From Phoronis australis (taxonomy: Eukaryota > Animalia > Phoronida): a stretch of 64,000 nt of DNA. Positions 1-13,404 of this stretch are shown in pieces (within the stretch, counting starts at the first letter, position 1; each line of letters starts with the position of its first letter). The translations under genes were made by a program, and so were the position numbers. The notes below the pieces were generated by a model. That model made no database searches. It saw only the letters and a program-made list of their open reading frames with translations, and had not been told where the DNA came from. The stretch is from the NCBI GenBank assembly GCA_002633005.1, contig NMRA01000094.1, positions 646,597-710,596 on the forward strand, written 5' to 3'.

Positions 1-22
1 ATGTTTATTGATCCTGTTGTAG

Positions 23-274
23 TGAGGTGAGGAGGCCAAAAGTAACTACCCTACTTTGGCCAGCCACAGCTGAGGAGGCCATCGGTGGATGAGAAAAGGC
101 TGACAGTGGACGATTGCGGGTTTAGTTCCACCTTAGGAAGTCACTAGAGCATGCGGTCTGTCCTCCTGTGGAGAGCTGAGTTGGGTGATGATGACAAAGG
201 ACAAGATGAGTGTGTTATGCACAGCAATTTGGTCACAGTGCTCAAATGAAACTGGAGTCTAGTGTGCATTCTTT
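23..274 (+). other. Candidate non-coding 5' UTR exon of the PLEKHG5-like gene
   Basis: ttgtag acceptor ending at 22 and gtaagt donor at 275; more GC-rich than the flanking intron; no useful ORF. Confidence 0.35.
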
Positions 275-1177
275 GTAAGTGAACAGTAAATCACTTTATA
301 GCAGTAACCCTTCTAGCGGGCTTAAAACTTGTTACTGAAAATATTGTTTGGGTCGTTTCAGTATTATGCATCCTTGTGAAAATATTTTCATTATTTTAAT
401 CACGCTTGGTAAACATTTCTTAAATCATAAATTATTGGAATTATTTATAATTTAAATATAGTTTGCGGTAATCTATGTAACCATTTATTGCCAAAACACA
501 ACTTAATTTTGCTGATCTATTTTACTGTAAAAGTTTTTGTAATCTAATTCACATGCTATTAATGGAGGAATCTTAAACTCATTTCATCTATTTAATGCTG
601 TAGTTCACTATTTAATGCTGTAGTTCACTATTTGATCATGTTCTTAGTCAACAACGAGTTGCAAAGGAATGAATGAAGTAAAGATGCAATTTCAAGATGG
701 GTTTCAATGGTATGAAATTTCCCAGGCCCGTTTTGTTCCCTTATTATGGAAGGTTTACCAGGTAGACAGTCATTCCTCAGACAACATTAGCCTTTTAGGC
801 CATGTAATTGGATGAAAATTGCATAAGTGCTCTTTAGGAGTAGTAGTTCAGTCAGATGGAATTAGCTTGAACTAGTGTGTTGAGTTCACAAATTTTACTG
901 TCTGTAAGGTTGAGGCTTTAAAATGTTGCGTGCAAACAGTGTAAGAAGTTAAATCCTTGGTCAGCTGTTGGTAAAGACTATAACATAAAAATACTTTTAC
1001 CTTCCAGACAATACACCTGGTACTGCTCTGTTCTGTGGTTTCCAGCCCAAGCCATCAAACCACTCCTACTACTGATCACTGTCACACAACTGACTTGTTT
1101 GCTGGCAGACTGGCAATGACTAGACCTGGTCAGAGTTTCAACTGTTTTTAAGGAATACTTCAACACATTACTTCAAG

Positions 1178-1301
1178 ATGGATCGAAGAAGATCACGCCG
1201 ACTTTCAATCCCAGACCTGGTGGTTTCATACTTCCAGAAGAAAGGCTCACGTCGCAACTCTGTGGCTATTACACCGGAAAGTATTGAAGAATTTCAGCAA
1301 G
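1178..1301 (+). CDS. PLEKHG5: PLEKHG5-like RhoGEF, probable first coding exon (exon starts at 1008): MDRRRSRRLSIPDLVVSYFQKKGSRRNSVAITPESIEEFQQ
   Basis: Acceptor ttttaccttccag|1008; in-frame TAG at 1121 upstream of ATG 1178; donor AAG|gtaagc; phase 1 matches the exon at 44257 (G|AT=Asp). Confidence 0.6.
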
Positions 1302-2807
1302 GTAAGCTCATAACACCAAGGTGTTTCCGGCTTACAGAATGAAGGATATCAGAGCTACAATATTTGACCTGTTGCCAGTTCTGGGCTCAGGTTATAATAT
1401 TAAATATTGCCCCATGATAGTATTGATTAGTTGTATAGTCCTTAACTCACACAAGATCTCAGCATGCTCCAGGATCAGATAACAGTCTCCTTTCTTGCTT
1501 CCTACTGGTAGGGTTTTCAGATAGCCATTGTAGGCCCTGTCTGTGGCTACAGACAGTTTTCCTTTGTGGGGGTCAGCCAGACTTTAACTAAGATCACTAC
1601 TATGAACAGTGACACAACAGGAATATGACTGCTAACAACTAAAAATAATTAGCAGTATTAAAAATAATTTATTGTATTGTAAAGTGACATAATTATGGTA
1701 AAGATAATTAATAGTATCATAAAGTGATATATGGCAACATGTCGTCACCTAGTTAGGACACAATATGGCAAACCAGAGGAATTTTATTTTTACATTTATG
1801 AATGAAAGATAAGTAACAGCAAATTGATGATTTATAATTTTTATGTCCTAGGTCCATATTGTTGTCATCTAATGCTGTATCTCTGAAACCTTTGAATAGG
1901 TGTTTTGAAAACATGTTTCCATCATAGATGAGAAGCCATGTGCAATATTTCAGATGGGTACAACTTGCACTAGGCTCCACAGTGACAAATTTTTAAAGAG
2001 ACTTTAACTATGTTTCAGCATTTTAGTATGAATTTTGAAAGTATAAAGGTTGGTTACTGACATTCACATCTTCTTCAATAGTGCACAGTATTTTTCTTTA
2101 TTAGTTTCATAAAGCCCCACTGCGAGCGCTGTTTTTCATGATATAGACTTTGTTCATAAACTAAATTACATTAAAAATGCATGTTTTTGTACCTCACAAA
2201 CTTTTTGAGGTTATGCAAATTCTTATTACCAAGTCTGTACATTTGGTCAAATATCTACAAAACTAAGAATTGTACATTTAGTCAAATATTTACAAAACTA
2301 AGGATTTTACTCAGTAAAATTATATATTTTCCCGAAATTCTACAATTTGATTTTTAACATTACAATAAATGTGCAACTAATAAGCTCACATGACCATATT
2401 TTCTTAATAAAATTAGCAAAAATGAAGCATTCACGACGAAACAACAAGATTAATAACATGACCAATTTCGTACAATTTAAATGTTCACGATAAAATCTCA
2501 AAAATATTGTTACAGTTTTCTTCGTTTTGCTACTTTAAAGTTTTCACAAAAACCTTACGAGTCCTATTTTTATAGTCCCTCATGCAAAAGTGAAACATTA
2601 TAAAATCAATTCCTAACAATGATTAATCTTGATGAAGTCTGGCATAATTATTCGTTGCTGTTGTGCACAATGTTGTGGGTGTTAGCCACATCTGAATGTT
2701 GTTGCACGCCTTTGCAGCACTTAGGGTTTTCTTCATGTATGCTTCAATGTCTATCAGTGTTTAAGCATATGTACTGCTGTTGGGGATTTGGGTATTTTCA
2801 TACTTGT

Positions 2808-3215
2808 AGTGTCGTGTATGTGATTGACTGTTCGGGTTGCAATGAATTTTACTGTTGGTGTGACTGTCTACTAACTCCCCTAATTGTTGAACACGAAACC
2901 TCCGTTAGTAACGCTGTTTTTCGACATGCCTCTAACACTCACCATAGCATTGATTTTATAACACACTATATTTTGTATTGACAATTAACCCCATACCTTG
3001 CACATTAAAGAAAGTCTCCACACTGTTGATTCTAAAGCCTCCCAGTCTCTTTGAATAACAAATGTACATCTGTGAAGTTACAACTATGGCGGTTTCTGTT
3101 CATCTTCAATCTGATGTTTTGGCTGGTTGGTTGTTTATATTGTTCTAACTGGTGTGTCTAATGTTTACAGTAAAGATGTTTTGAGCTAACTGAAACCTTT
3201 GGACATTATTTTTAT
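2808..3215 (+). mobile_element. Penelope-like retroelement 3' relic (degenerate GIY-YIG endonuclease plus 3' UTR)
   Basis: Frameshifted translation SVVYVIDCSGCNEFY..G.T...EH...AVFRHASNTHHSIDF...LHIKESLH...LNNKCTSVKLQLW follows the PLE GIY-YIG (CCHH) C-terminal pattern. Confidence 0.7.
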
Positions 3216-4402
3216 TGCAATTTTATCACTTTTTATTCAGTGCTTGTTAAGTACTATGGAAGGTTTCCACATAGTGTGTGTCTATCCTGTTTTAGCACTC
3301 ACACTGTCACTTTCATATCTAATTACCTAGCTCAAGTCAAAAATGTTAATTAGATTTGGTATTTATGAATGCCAAGACAACTGAGACAGCTCATTACTTG
3401 AAAAATGTCATTAATGAGAATAATGAGCAGGACAGTATCAATGTCCACTGCTTTTGTCAGTTTTACTTTTGATAACGCCTTGATTTTTTTTGATCGGTAA
3501 CAGTCTCCCTTGCAGCATCACAATCATTACAGTTAGAATAATAATTAGGATTATAATTTTAAGTGAAATAATTTTACAAATACAGCTTGAATACTGAATT
3601 ACTAAGTGTAATATGCTACTGTCATTCAGAGTAACTCATGTGTTTGGATAATCGCCCATCCCTTATTTTTGCTATCTAGACCGTTCCCTTATAAAAATGC
3701 TATTGATTGCGAATGTCGGTGTCATGAGAATTTTAGCTCTCAAAACGTACACAATTCACCTTTGACCGAATTGCCAGTTTTTGAGGCAATACTTTAATGT
3801 TATGAGTGTGAAACAAACAAAACTGCGCGTTTTCCTGTGGTTTATTAGGTAGAATAAGGAACGCTGAGGCATTGCGTTTGTGGTGGTTGTGAGCATGCTA
3901 TGGTTCTTTTCACTTTTCCGAGGGACATTGGAGGAGTGCGGATGTGACCTCAATTTGTGCCAAAAACTCGGGTGTTGATGGACATGACACACAGGCGCTG
4001 GGTTAATAGGACGCTCATGTGATAGAGCTAAGAAACTTTCAATTCAAGTCGCTTTTCTTTTATTTTCTGGTTTTTGGGATATTGAACTCACGACTGTTAG
4101 TGCTGCAAAGGAATGTTCAATGATACTGGCAATGTGCTGTCACTTGTCAAAGTAAAGTAAATGGTGGTTTAAGCACTTCAATAGCCACCAATTTAAGCAT
4201 CATGGTATGAACCTGGATGAGTATGTTATTTAAAATGTCAGTGTTATATCTGTGAAAAGGGAACAACTGGGTAAACACTCATCTTAACTGTGTTGAGCGA
4301 TCTAATATATGAGTTGCTTTTAATGCCCATGTTTTGGAGGTGGGATGCATGGGCGTTGTAGCACTGAAAGAAGTGGGGCTATAGCCCCCCAGCCACCATG
4401 TG

Positions 4403-5389
4403 CATAGGCGGATTTAGGGGGGGGGGCCAGGGGGCCTGCCCCCCCCCCCCCTTGGCTGTCGCAAAAAAAATAAAACAGTAAGAGCGTAGGGAAATTGTGA
4501 GTTTATTAATTATCCCCGGTTATTAAAATTATACGGATGAAAAAAGATTTAAATGTGTGCAGTTTTAGTGTTGGGGGGGGCTCAAACCCAATTTCAAGTG
4601 TCAAATTCGGAACACGGCGCATTCGTAACGGACCTATGGCTAAGTATAGGCTCTCCGAGCCCGCGACCGGCAGTGGCGTCTGCTCCACTGTGCAATGAAG
4701 AAAATTTACTTCATTTTTTAAAGAGACGAATGGAACCTGAGTGACGATGAAAAAACAGAAGCTGCTGGTAAGATGTGAATTTTAATCGAAGCCTTAGTGA
4801 ATCACTCAGAAACTCGCAATACTCTCTTTGTCAAACCTTATCTTAAGACGATTTCCAAAGCAATCCCGTCATCATTGCCAACACGAAAAACGGATTTGGT
4901 ATTTCGGGCATTTGAAGAGTATTTTAAATACGACAAATTTGTTAAGAATTGATGGCACAAGATATAAAACGTATAGTATTACGAAAAGAAGTAGGTTTCG
5001 CGCGCAAACGCTGTGGACCATAAACAAGTAGGTCTTTTAGTATGAAATTAGTAGTTAAATCGTGGTGGTGTAGCTGTAACGCACGCGCTCTCTAAGCGGC
5101 AGGTTGTGAGTTCGAGTCTTTGGTACGTTCAGCTTTTCCTGTTTGACACGTTCTCCTTGTTTTTTTTTTCTTCTTTTTTTTGTGGGATAATACTTCAGGA
5201 ATCAAGGAAAATGCTTGATTTTTAGAAGTAAAAACAGAAAAATTTCCTGGGCGGGAGGGGGGCAAACCCCCCTCCCGACCTCCCCCCATTCGGTGCTATG
5301 TGCATCTACAATCGTGGTTCAGTTTGCGCAAATGCTTACAGCCGGACAAAAGTTGGGCCCCCCCTTGTGATATCCTAGATCCGCCACTG
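4403..5389. mobile_element. Non-autonomous TIR DNA transposon (hAT/EnSpm-like ends), apparently nested in a tiny MITE (about 4349-5408)
   Basis: Imperfect TIR CATAGGCGGATTTAGG / CCTAGATCCGCCACTG with G/C-run subtermini; no clean TSD. Confidence 0.65.
5058..5125 (+). pseudogene. tRNA-like relic (Pol III A/B boxes, TCT anticodon loop) inside the DNA transposon
   Basis: A box TGGTGTAGCTG, short anticodon stem cgc-TCTCTAA-gcg, B box GAGTTCGAGTC; acceptor stem not intact. Confidence 0.45.
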
Positions 5390-6739
5390 CTGTGGTGCTC
5401 CGTCCATGGGAGGTGGGCATTAAGTTAGCCAGACCATTTGAAAGCTGGTTGGGTGTTGATGCATACAGAGAGAATTGGGACTAAAGCACAGACCTATGTT
5501 GTCAGCATCCACTTGGTGTTCAGGCATCATGTAAAACATTGACAATCTAATGCCACTTTGTGTAGGCTTGATGGAATATTACAAACATGATTGTTCACAA
5601 AATTGTAACTATTTTTAAGAATTGAAATTCACTATAAACAGGGATTGGAGTTGTATAACTTGCTTTGAAATTTTAGCTATCTATGTTGAATTCTTCACCA
5701 AACTACTTTGTGGTTTGAAACATCACCACACTCATGTCATGTTTAGTTGTCACTGAATGAGCTGAAAACTTAATTTATAGGCAATGCCTATATCCCCAAT
5801 TGGAGTAATAGCTAACCCTAATAAATTCTGAAGCATTTTCTTTTAAATTATTTGCTAGTTATTTGATGTTCTTGCTAGTATTGGAAATAAGATTCCTATC
5901 ACGGTGGGGAATATTAGGAGAAATTGACCTCTTGAGAGTATAAGGCCTACTGTTTTTAGCCATTTGCACAGGGCAAAAGGCAGAATAAAATGTTGAAATT
6001 TGGAATATTCAGGTAGGAGAGAAGGTTAGTGAGAGAGTGAAACATGGACATAAATGTGGTAGAAAACTAGTGCAATAAAAACATTCAATTATTAACATTT
6101 TTTTATTGATAGATTTGTGAACAAAATCTCACAATGCCAAGTAATAGTAAATATTTTATTCTTGTAAAAAATGTCTTTTTTACCTTTAACTGACATTTTA
6201 TTCATCATTTGCTTAAGTAGATGTGCAAAATAGGTCATCACCATAGTGGCACATTGTAGTGCAATAGTTCGGTAGTCGTGGTTATTTTGTGGTTTCCATG
6301 GTTTCAAAACATCAGGTGTCCAGTTCATAAAACTCAGCTTTGGATTAAATTTTGAGGTAGATTTTTTGGCATGCTATAGTTCACCACTTCGTTTAATTGA
6401 TGCAAGGTAAATTCCATTGTGGACGTGCCAAGAGATGTGTGATTCTTGTTAGCATAACTCCATTGTTGCTATCAAACATATCATGAAACAGGAGTACAGA
6501 TTCCATTTTCTTTGCTATATGTGAGAGCATATAAGAATCCAGGGGTATAAGATATCTCCGCTAATTGACATTCTTCACATTGTATGGTTAATGAGTATGG
6601 TTGTTTTTACTTGTCTTGTTTCATAGCTCACCTGTCAATGTGTGTAGAAGCACACATGGGCCGGAATCAGCTGTTTGTCCCTATATTTTGTTAATGGTTA
6701 TTATTAACAGTATAATGTTATAATTTATAATATATCATA

Positions 6740-7612
6740 ATTCAGGTTATGTGTACCCCTAATTAAAATGTTTTCTTGAAATATCTAAGTAACTAACAAC
6801 CGTCAATTCATAAAAAGTATAATATTTTCCCAAAATAGGAATTGAGACAAATCTAATCATATCATCAGCATTCACCAAATTTTCTGCATTCAAATTTTTC
6901 CAAAAGATATGTAAAACCATGTGCTATGTAATTAATCTATTATATGAAATTCATTGTTCACACAAACTCCATCTCCCCCGCTCCACTGCAGACCTTCGTT
7001 GCACTCGTTTTGGCACTGCCTTTGTCCCACGTAGTGCACCGTCCCTCTGTTTAGATTCGAGGTGTTCTATTTTTTCTCGCGGGGTTATGTAGGACCCTAG
7101 AAATTGTCCAAATTTGTCTAATTTTGAAACCTCTTGTCTTAGAAACGGCTGATCAAATTCATATGAAACTTTCAAATACTAAGCTCTGAGCACTGTTTCC
7201 AAAATGTGGTAGGAACTGTTTTGGAAACGTTTCACTGAGGGCCATCAAATATAGGACTTAGGTGAGTTTTATGAAAAATCAAAAGTAGCTTAAAACGAAA
7301 ATAAAATGATAATTTAGAAATAATTACATTGTTTTTAAGATTTTATCTTGAACCTTATTCATTTGATAAAAATCAAATGAAATTTGGTCGTGTTATTATT
7401 TCTGTTCTCTTGCAATGAATGCACTTTTCTTTTTTTCTAAATTTTACTAAAAATTATAGTAACGTGACCTAATTCATGAGAGATTGGTTTAACATTAAAA
7501 ATCAAATCGTACAGGCTTTCTTATTTCAAAAATTACATACTTTTTCGGAGTTAAAACATCACATTTAGCAAAACCAACAGACTTGTAGTAAGGTCCTACT
7601 TCTCCTTTGAAT
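6740..7612. mobile_element. Old non-autonomous Kolobok-like element; related fragments at about 30745-31090 (inverted) and 42050-42345
   Basis: Ends in TTCTCCT-TTGAA, resembling a YY-TTAA end; shares blocks (ttttctaaattttactaaaa, ggctgatcaaattca.atgaaactt) with the other copies. Confidence 0.45.
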
Positions 7613-9621
7613 CAATTCTGGTTAAGATTAGTTTTGTCGCCAATAGATGGCAGGACTGAATTTTAACTTAATTTGTTCAAGTATCATGACAGAATACTCT
7701 ACATTTATACATTATTGTTTATTTCACTAATTATGACCTCATGTTCAAGTGTTTGAAAAATTGCGTATGTTATATCATTATTAGTTATTTGTATTTTGTC
7801 AAAGCTGGGAACTAATGATGAACCTTTCCACTGCTTGTGGCGTCAAGCAAAACTTGAATTCACTTTTCCAAGGAACAATTTTTCCGCTGCTAAAAAATCC
7901 ATCAGTTGTTATGACAAATAGGTTCATGTTATACTTAAGCTTTGAACTGATACTATTAACTGGGCCATTGACTTTGTTTCCATAACAACACCTGACTGGT
8001 AATAATGGATTAATATTAGCTTAGCTTTGTATTTGTATTTTTATTTTTGTTATTGATTTGTATAGTCATTTGCAGAAGCGGTTCTGTTAATTCATTTGTA
8101 CATAGCTTTATTCCAACAGAGTCACAAAGTATTTTTGCCTTTGGAAAGGACTCGCATAATCTTTTCTTACTAAAAGTGTAGAAAACATATCTCATGTGTC
8201 TGTCGGGCCACATTCAGTCTATATTGTTCGTTGGTATCATACCTAGATGAATGTCATCCTCCATCAGTTTCTTGCAAAACCATTTCACAGTTACCTCTTT
8301 TTTACCGAAACGTCTCTTGTGATTATTACCGTGACTGCAGGTTATGGACACATATGACATGAAAAACATATTCCAATAGTAAAGTACTACCTTGGTAAGT
8401 TCCTAGCCACACCACATTGTTTGTGTGACCTACTTTTGTGAATAGAACCTGAGTTTGAGTGTAGTAATAGCACTGGGTATAGTTTGACTGGGACTGTCAA
8501 TTGTAGTCATTAGTCTAACTGGTGACTGCATTATCACTCAACTAGCAGTGTATGGTCCTAACTATCAGACTAGCTTTATCTTCATGACCACCTTGGCCTT
8601 ATCCTGCCTTGGCCTTATCCTGGTCAGTTATATGTGATTATGAGATGAAGAATATAGTGTTGAAGCTGGTGCTTGAAGCCTTGCTTTAATTGTTATTTAT
8701 GGTGAAATTATCAAGGATTAATGAGCCTATTATGACAATGTTCACTTTCAAGTCTGGTAAACCAACGTTTAAGACGTTTTTGATAAAGGGTGAAGGTAAG
8801 TATCCTTTGTTAATAAAACTATGGCTTCTGGAGGTGAAAGTGGTTACATAGGTGTTTCTTTGAGCGCCCTGTAAATCAATATGGATTACTCTTCCCCATT
8901 TGGCTTTTACTTGTGGTCACACTACTGTGCCATTGTATGCTTCACCTTGTTAGGGAAGATCATTAAGTTATGTGACCTGATGACCCTTCCTTACTCCCAG
9001 TTGTACACATCAATATGTAGTCCTGTCTCTGTATAATGGTTGTCCTGTCTCTGTATAATGGTTGCCCTGTAAACCAACTGTCCCACATTCACATTCTGTT
9101 GGACTACTCAGTGGTCACATGTGCTAAAACCAATTATTTGACTCATGCTGTTTTTTTAATGCCAACTCATTTTGAATATGTTGTGGAAATTGTCATTAAA
9201 TCTTTGTCAACTCATTTACTAGTACAGTAAAAGTTAAGTTTGTAAAGGTCATGTAGTGTGGGTGAAAGGTCCAGTCAATACTATGCCCAAACCTTGTGAC
9301 TCAGGTTTGCTGTTGGCTGTGTTATCAGTGGCTACATATGTAATGTCGCGATTTATAGTTCCACACCATATTGCAGTGTATCTTATGATAAGATGACATG
9401 AATTGGTAGGAAATGTTTCCTCCCCTTGGGAGTTATGTAAAGTGCCGTTTACACTACAAAAGTTGACACCGATTAGCTGACACAGAACGAAATGTTCTAG
9501 TGTAAGTATATGTGTGTAAACAGGACTGACCTGGAACAAAGTGACACGGCTGTGACAACTTTTGCCTCCTGTTTGTGAGGTAGAGCGATTTGGGCTCGAT
9601 CCTCTTGCTCCTTGTCAATTA

Positions 9622-10887
9622 CCGTAATCGTTCGGGTTAACGCCCATGCTCAGTTAACCGCCCATCCCTACTTTAGGTGGATTTTCGATTTAACCGCCCA
9701 CTGCTCGGTTAACCGCCCCCCTGCTATTTTTGAAGATTTCCAATTAAGCGCCCACCTCTCGGTTAAGCGCCCATCCCCTACTTTTGACGATTGGTGATTA
9801 CCGCCCTGTGCTAATAGGAAACGCNNNNNNNNNNNNNNNNNNNNNNNNNNNNNNNNNNNNNNNNNNNNNNNNNNNNNNNNNNNNNNNNNNNNNNNNNNNN
9901 NNNNNNNNNNNNNNNNNNNNNNNNNNNNNNNNNNNNNNNNNNNNNNNNNNNNNNNNNNNNNNNNNNNNNNNNNNNNNNNNNNNNNNNNNNNNNNNNNNNN
10001 NNNNNNNNNNNNNNNNNNNNNNNNNNNNNNNNNNNNNNNNNNNNNNNNNNNNNNNNNNNNNNNNNNNNNNNNNNNNNNNNNNNNNNNNNNNNNNNNNNNN
10101 NNNNNNNNNNNNNNNNNNNNNNNNNNNNNNNNNNNNNNNNNNNNNNNNNNNNNNNNNNNNNNNNNNNNNNNNNNNNNNNNNNNNNNNNNNNNNNNNNNNN
10201 NNNNNNNNNNNNNNNNNNNNNNNNNNNNNNNNNNNNNNNCATTTTTATGCTTTTTGACCATTCAGACCAGGAGTACATTCTGTTATCTCGAAATAATTTT
10301 GAACTGAAATTCGGAACTGCTGGTAGTCCTTGTCTACGTGACCGTCAGTTAAGTTGTTTATTATGGGAGTGCACTGATCAAACAGGAAAAATGGGTCAGC
10401 ACGTGACCACAACTGGGTTAAAACGACAGCACAGCTACCGTCTGCTACGCAGGTGAACATGTTCAACGTCTGCGAAGTATAGTGAAATAATGAGCATAAT
10501 TCGCAATAATCGGTCTCACCTGAGGCGCCATATTATGCAGCAAACTTTCTATGCAAGCGTTCGGAGTTTGACCACACTCTACATTTTCGAAACTATTTGT
10601 TAATTAGAGTGCGCAGAGTACGCACTTGGTGGCGATAAAGTTCTTTTCAAAATGTTAGGCGATCCCAGTATGTGGCTTAGTACGTGTGGTGACTCAGATC
10701 ATAAGGTAAGATTAACCGCCCAGGGCGGTTGCCTGTCGTAATAAGCGCCCATGTTCAGTTAACCGCCCCCCCCTCCCTGATTTCTTGAAATTTCACGTTT
10801 AAGCGCCCATGTCTGGTTAACCGCCCACCCCCGATTTTTTGGGTTCGCCAATTTAACCGCCCAGGGCGTTAACCCAAACGATTACGG
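9622..10887 (+). mobile_element. Tc2/pogo-type non-autonomous element, copy 1 (spans the assembly gap)
   Basis: TA|CCGTAATCGTTCGGGTTAACGCCC ... GGGCGTTAACCCAAACGATTACGG|TA; several subterminal TTAACCGCCC/TTAAGCGCCC motifs. Confidence 0.85.
9825..10239. other. Assembly gap (415 N)
   Basis: Run of n. Confidence 1.
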
Positions 10888-13302
10888 TATATGTCTAAAC
10901 GCGAAACTGGGGCAAGGCGGAAAAGGATATCATGTCTACTGCGCTTGTGCCATGACCTACATGCGGGTTCTCTGTCTCTGAAACTCCCGCCATTTATAAA
11001 CCTGAGCATGTTCGTTCCACTCTCCAGCTTACAATTCTTCCGTCTTGCCACAGTTAGTGAGTTGTGTGTGTTAACGGCTGTTTGATGCCGATCAATTTTC
11101 TCCGTGTCAGTTGCGCCAGGCCAAAAGTTGATGTCTTAACGGGACTTTAGTAAAGCTATGTCCAGGGGAGCAGACTTGACCCAAGGTACAACTAATGGAC
11201 TGTGGTAGTTCAAATGCCCAGTCTGGACATAGTAGTGAGTTGCAAATTCTTTGAAAAGTGACAATTTTGCCAAATATTGTAGTCATAGGAAATATTTAAA
11301 AACCTACCATTGTACTTGAGAGTACCATTAGAATTCTAGTATACGGTGTCATATCTTCAATGTCTGTATCTGATGCCATTCAAAATGGAAGGAGAGGTTA
11401 GAAGTATACTAAAATTGGTAAATCACTTAAAAAGTCATGATTAGTAAAAAGATGTTGAGCTTCTTTTTATCAATGCCCAAGCCCACACCAAATGAGACTG
11501 CGTAAAACCTGATTTATTGAGAAAATTTTCAGGTTTCTAAAAGCCTACTAGTAAAAGTGTTGCTATTAAATTGTGTTATCAAAAATCATAGTACATAGTT
11601 TTTGAAAAAATATTCTAAATGGCATTATTTTAATAATCACATTGTGTATGTTTTATTTTAATAATCACATTGTGTATGTTTTATTTTGCCACAATTTTGC
11701 CGAAAATAGCTGCCAGTGTAGTGCCATAAGGAATCTGTTAAATATGGCGATTAGGGGTCATATGATTATTGAATTCCAAGCCTATACGTTTTTATTTATT
11801 TTTTATTTATTATTGGTCTCAAGTTGTTCTGTAATCAAAATAGGTACTATTTCTGGGCTTATTAATAACTGACAGTTTATTTATTTAGACCATAGTCTCA
11901 TAAATTTTAGATCACAGCAGGGCCTAAAGTTTTGTGATGTTGGTTTGAATAAGTAACAAACTGTCAGTGCTTTCTGAGGGTAGAAATCACTACTTTGTTC
12001 GTAATTAGTGATGTGCAGCATCAAAATGAGTTGGGTGCAGACCTGAGAATAAACTCAGTATTCTTGTTGGCCTATGTTATTCCATCATTCATTGTATTTC
12101 CTGGTCTTGATGCTATTCTTCTATTTTTTCAATTCTGGGACATTGAATTCACCAGTGATATGCAGTGGAAAAGAGAAATGTTTAATGATGGTGACAATGT
12201 AGTCACTTATTAAAACAGGGTAAATTGTGGTTCTCCACACCTCAATGTGATAAGAATTCAAAATGTAGTATTTAGATCAAGAAATAAATTCGACTTAAAT
12301 TTTAAAAACTGGAAATTGCATTGATTATTACAGAAACGTCTTCACAAGTGGTCTGTGTGTTCTGTCATTTTTGTTTATCATTGAACTGAACCACTTGGCC
12401 TACTGTCATTGAAATCTTTTCATTCTTCTATCAGTTGACACTATAATCCTTTTCACCAAAGGTTTGTCATGACCTTTGATTTTACATTGTGTTCATAGCT
12501 GCATTACTTGAGTGGGTCTACTCAGACTGAATGATCCCTGTGCAGTTGGCTGGTTCATGCTGTGAATACCTGTGCATTGTAACCTGGCCCTGTGTGTTGT
12601 TAACACAGTCACAGGTCAGCTACAAGGTATAACAGAGGTTTCTCTTGTCCTTTTTCGTGCCGCGAAGCTGTTCAACGCAGGTTTTTTCACCCAGACTGCT
12701 TAGTTTTGATAAACTCTGCTACTGACAAGTAAGTTAAGATTTTACCAAATTTCCTTGTCAGACCAAGGTAGTCTGAAGAAATGTTCATGATATTCTTCTA
12801 TTATTCATGTCTGGACCAGGAACTGTTGTGTATTGTCTGAATTGTCTGGTATCAGCAAGCTTGAACAGCTGGACAAGCCAAAACAAGGGAATGAGTCTCA
12901 AGAATTTAGGACATAAATAACATGGCCAATTAGTCAAATTGTGTTATATCATTGTTTCATTGAAGCATATGCAGACCTAACTATTAAAGGGGAAGGCAAC
13001 CCTTTTTCGTGTCATTTTTAGTAGAAATATACGGTTTGTTGATTATCCCAGACATATGCTTCTGTGAATCATGTGCTTTGATTAATTAGTCGTGCACTAC
13101 ACCGGAAGTTACATTTAGGGGGTTAAGAATTTCCGGCCATTTCGTTTCTAGTGCGTTCGAGTTACTGTGAGGATCTGTGCTACTGTTGTTTTTGTGCTAG
13201 TCTCCTAAAATTGTCATCACCACTTCCCATCGAGGAATATTCTGCGACAAGCTAGGTTGTTAGAGAACGTTGGATTTCGGAATCTTTAGTTTGCAGTAGC
13301 AG

Positions 13303-13400
13303 TGGGTGGATATATGTTTTGAACCCGAGTATAGTGAGGCAGAATACAGACAGCTGTTGAAAGGGATGAGGTAGAGAGACTAAGGACAGACGTGGTGGAA
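13303..13400 (+). pseudogene. KolX (P2X7-ballast/Nanor-like accessory protein) N-terminal relic
   Basis: GY(M)FEPEYSEAEY...ERDEVERLRTD.W with frameshifts; YxFEP is the typical KolX N-terminal motif. Confidence 0.6.
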
Positions 13401-13404
13401 AGTC

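Noticed and set aside
9668-10278. Long ORFs in the ORF track
   Set aside because: Artefacts of the N gap
12560-12728. Possible exon ending at a gtaagt donor at about 12729
   Set aside because: No clear start or acceptor and no recognisable peptide
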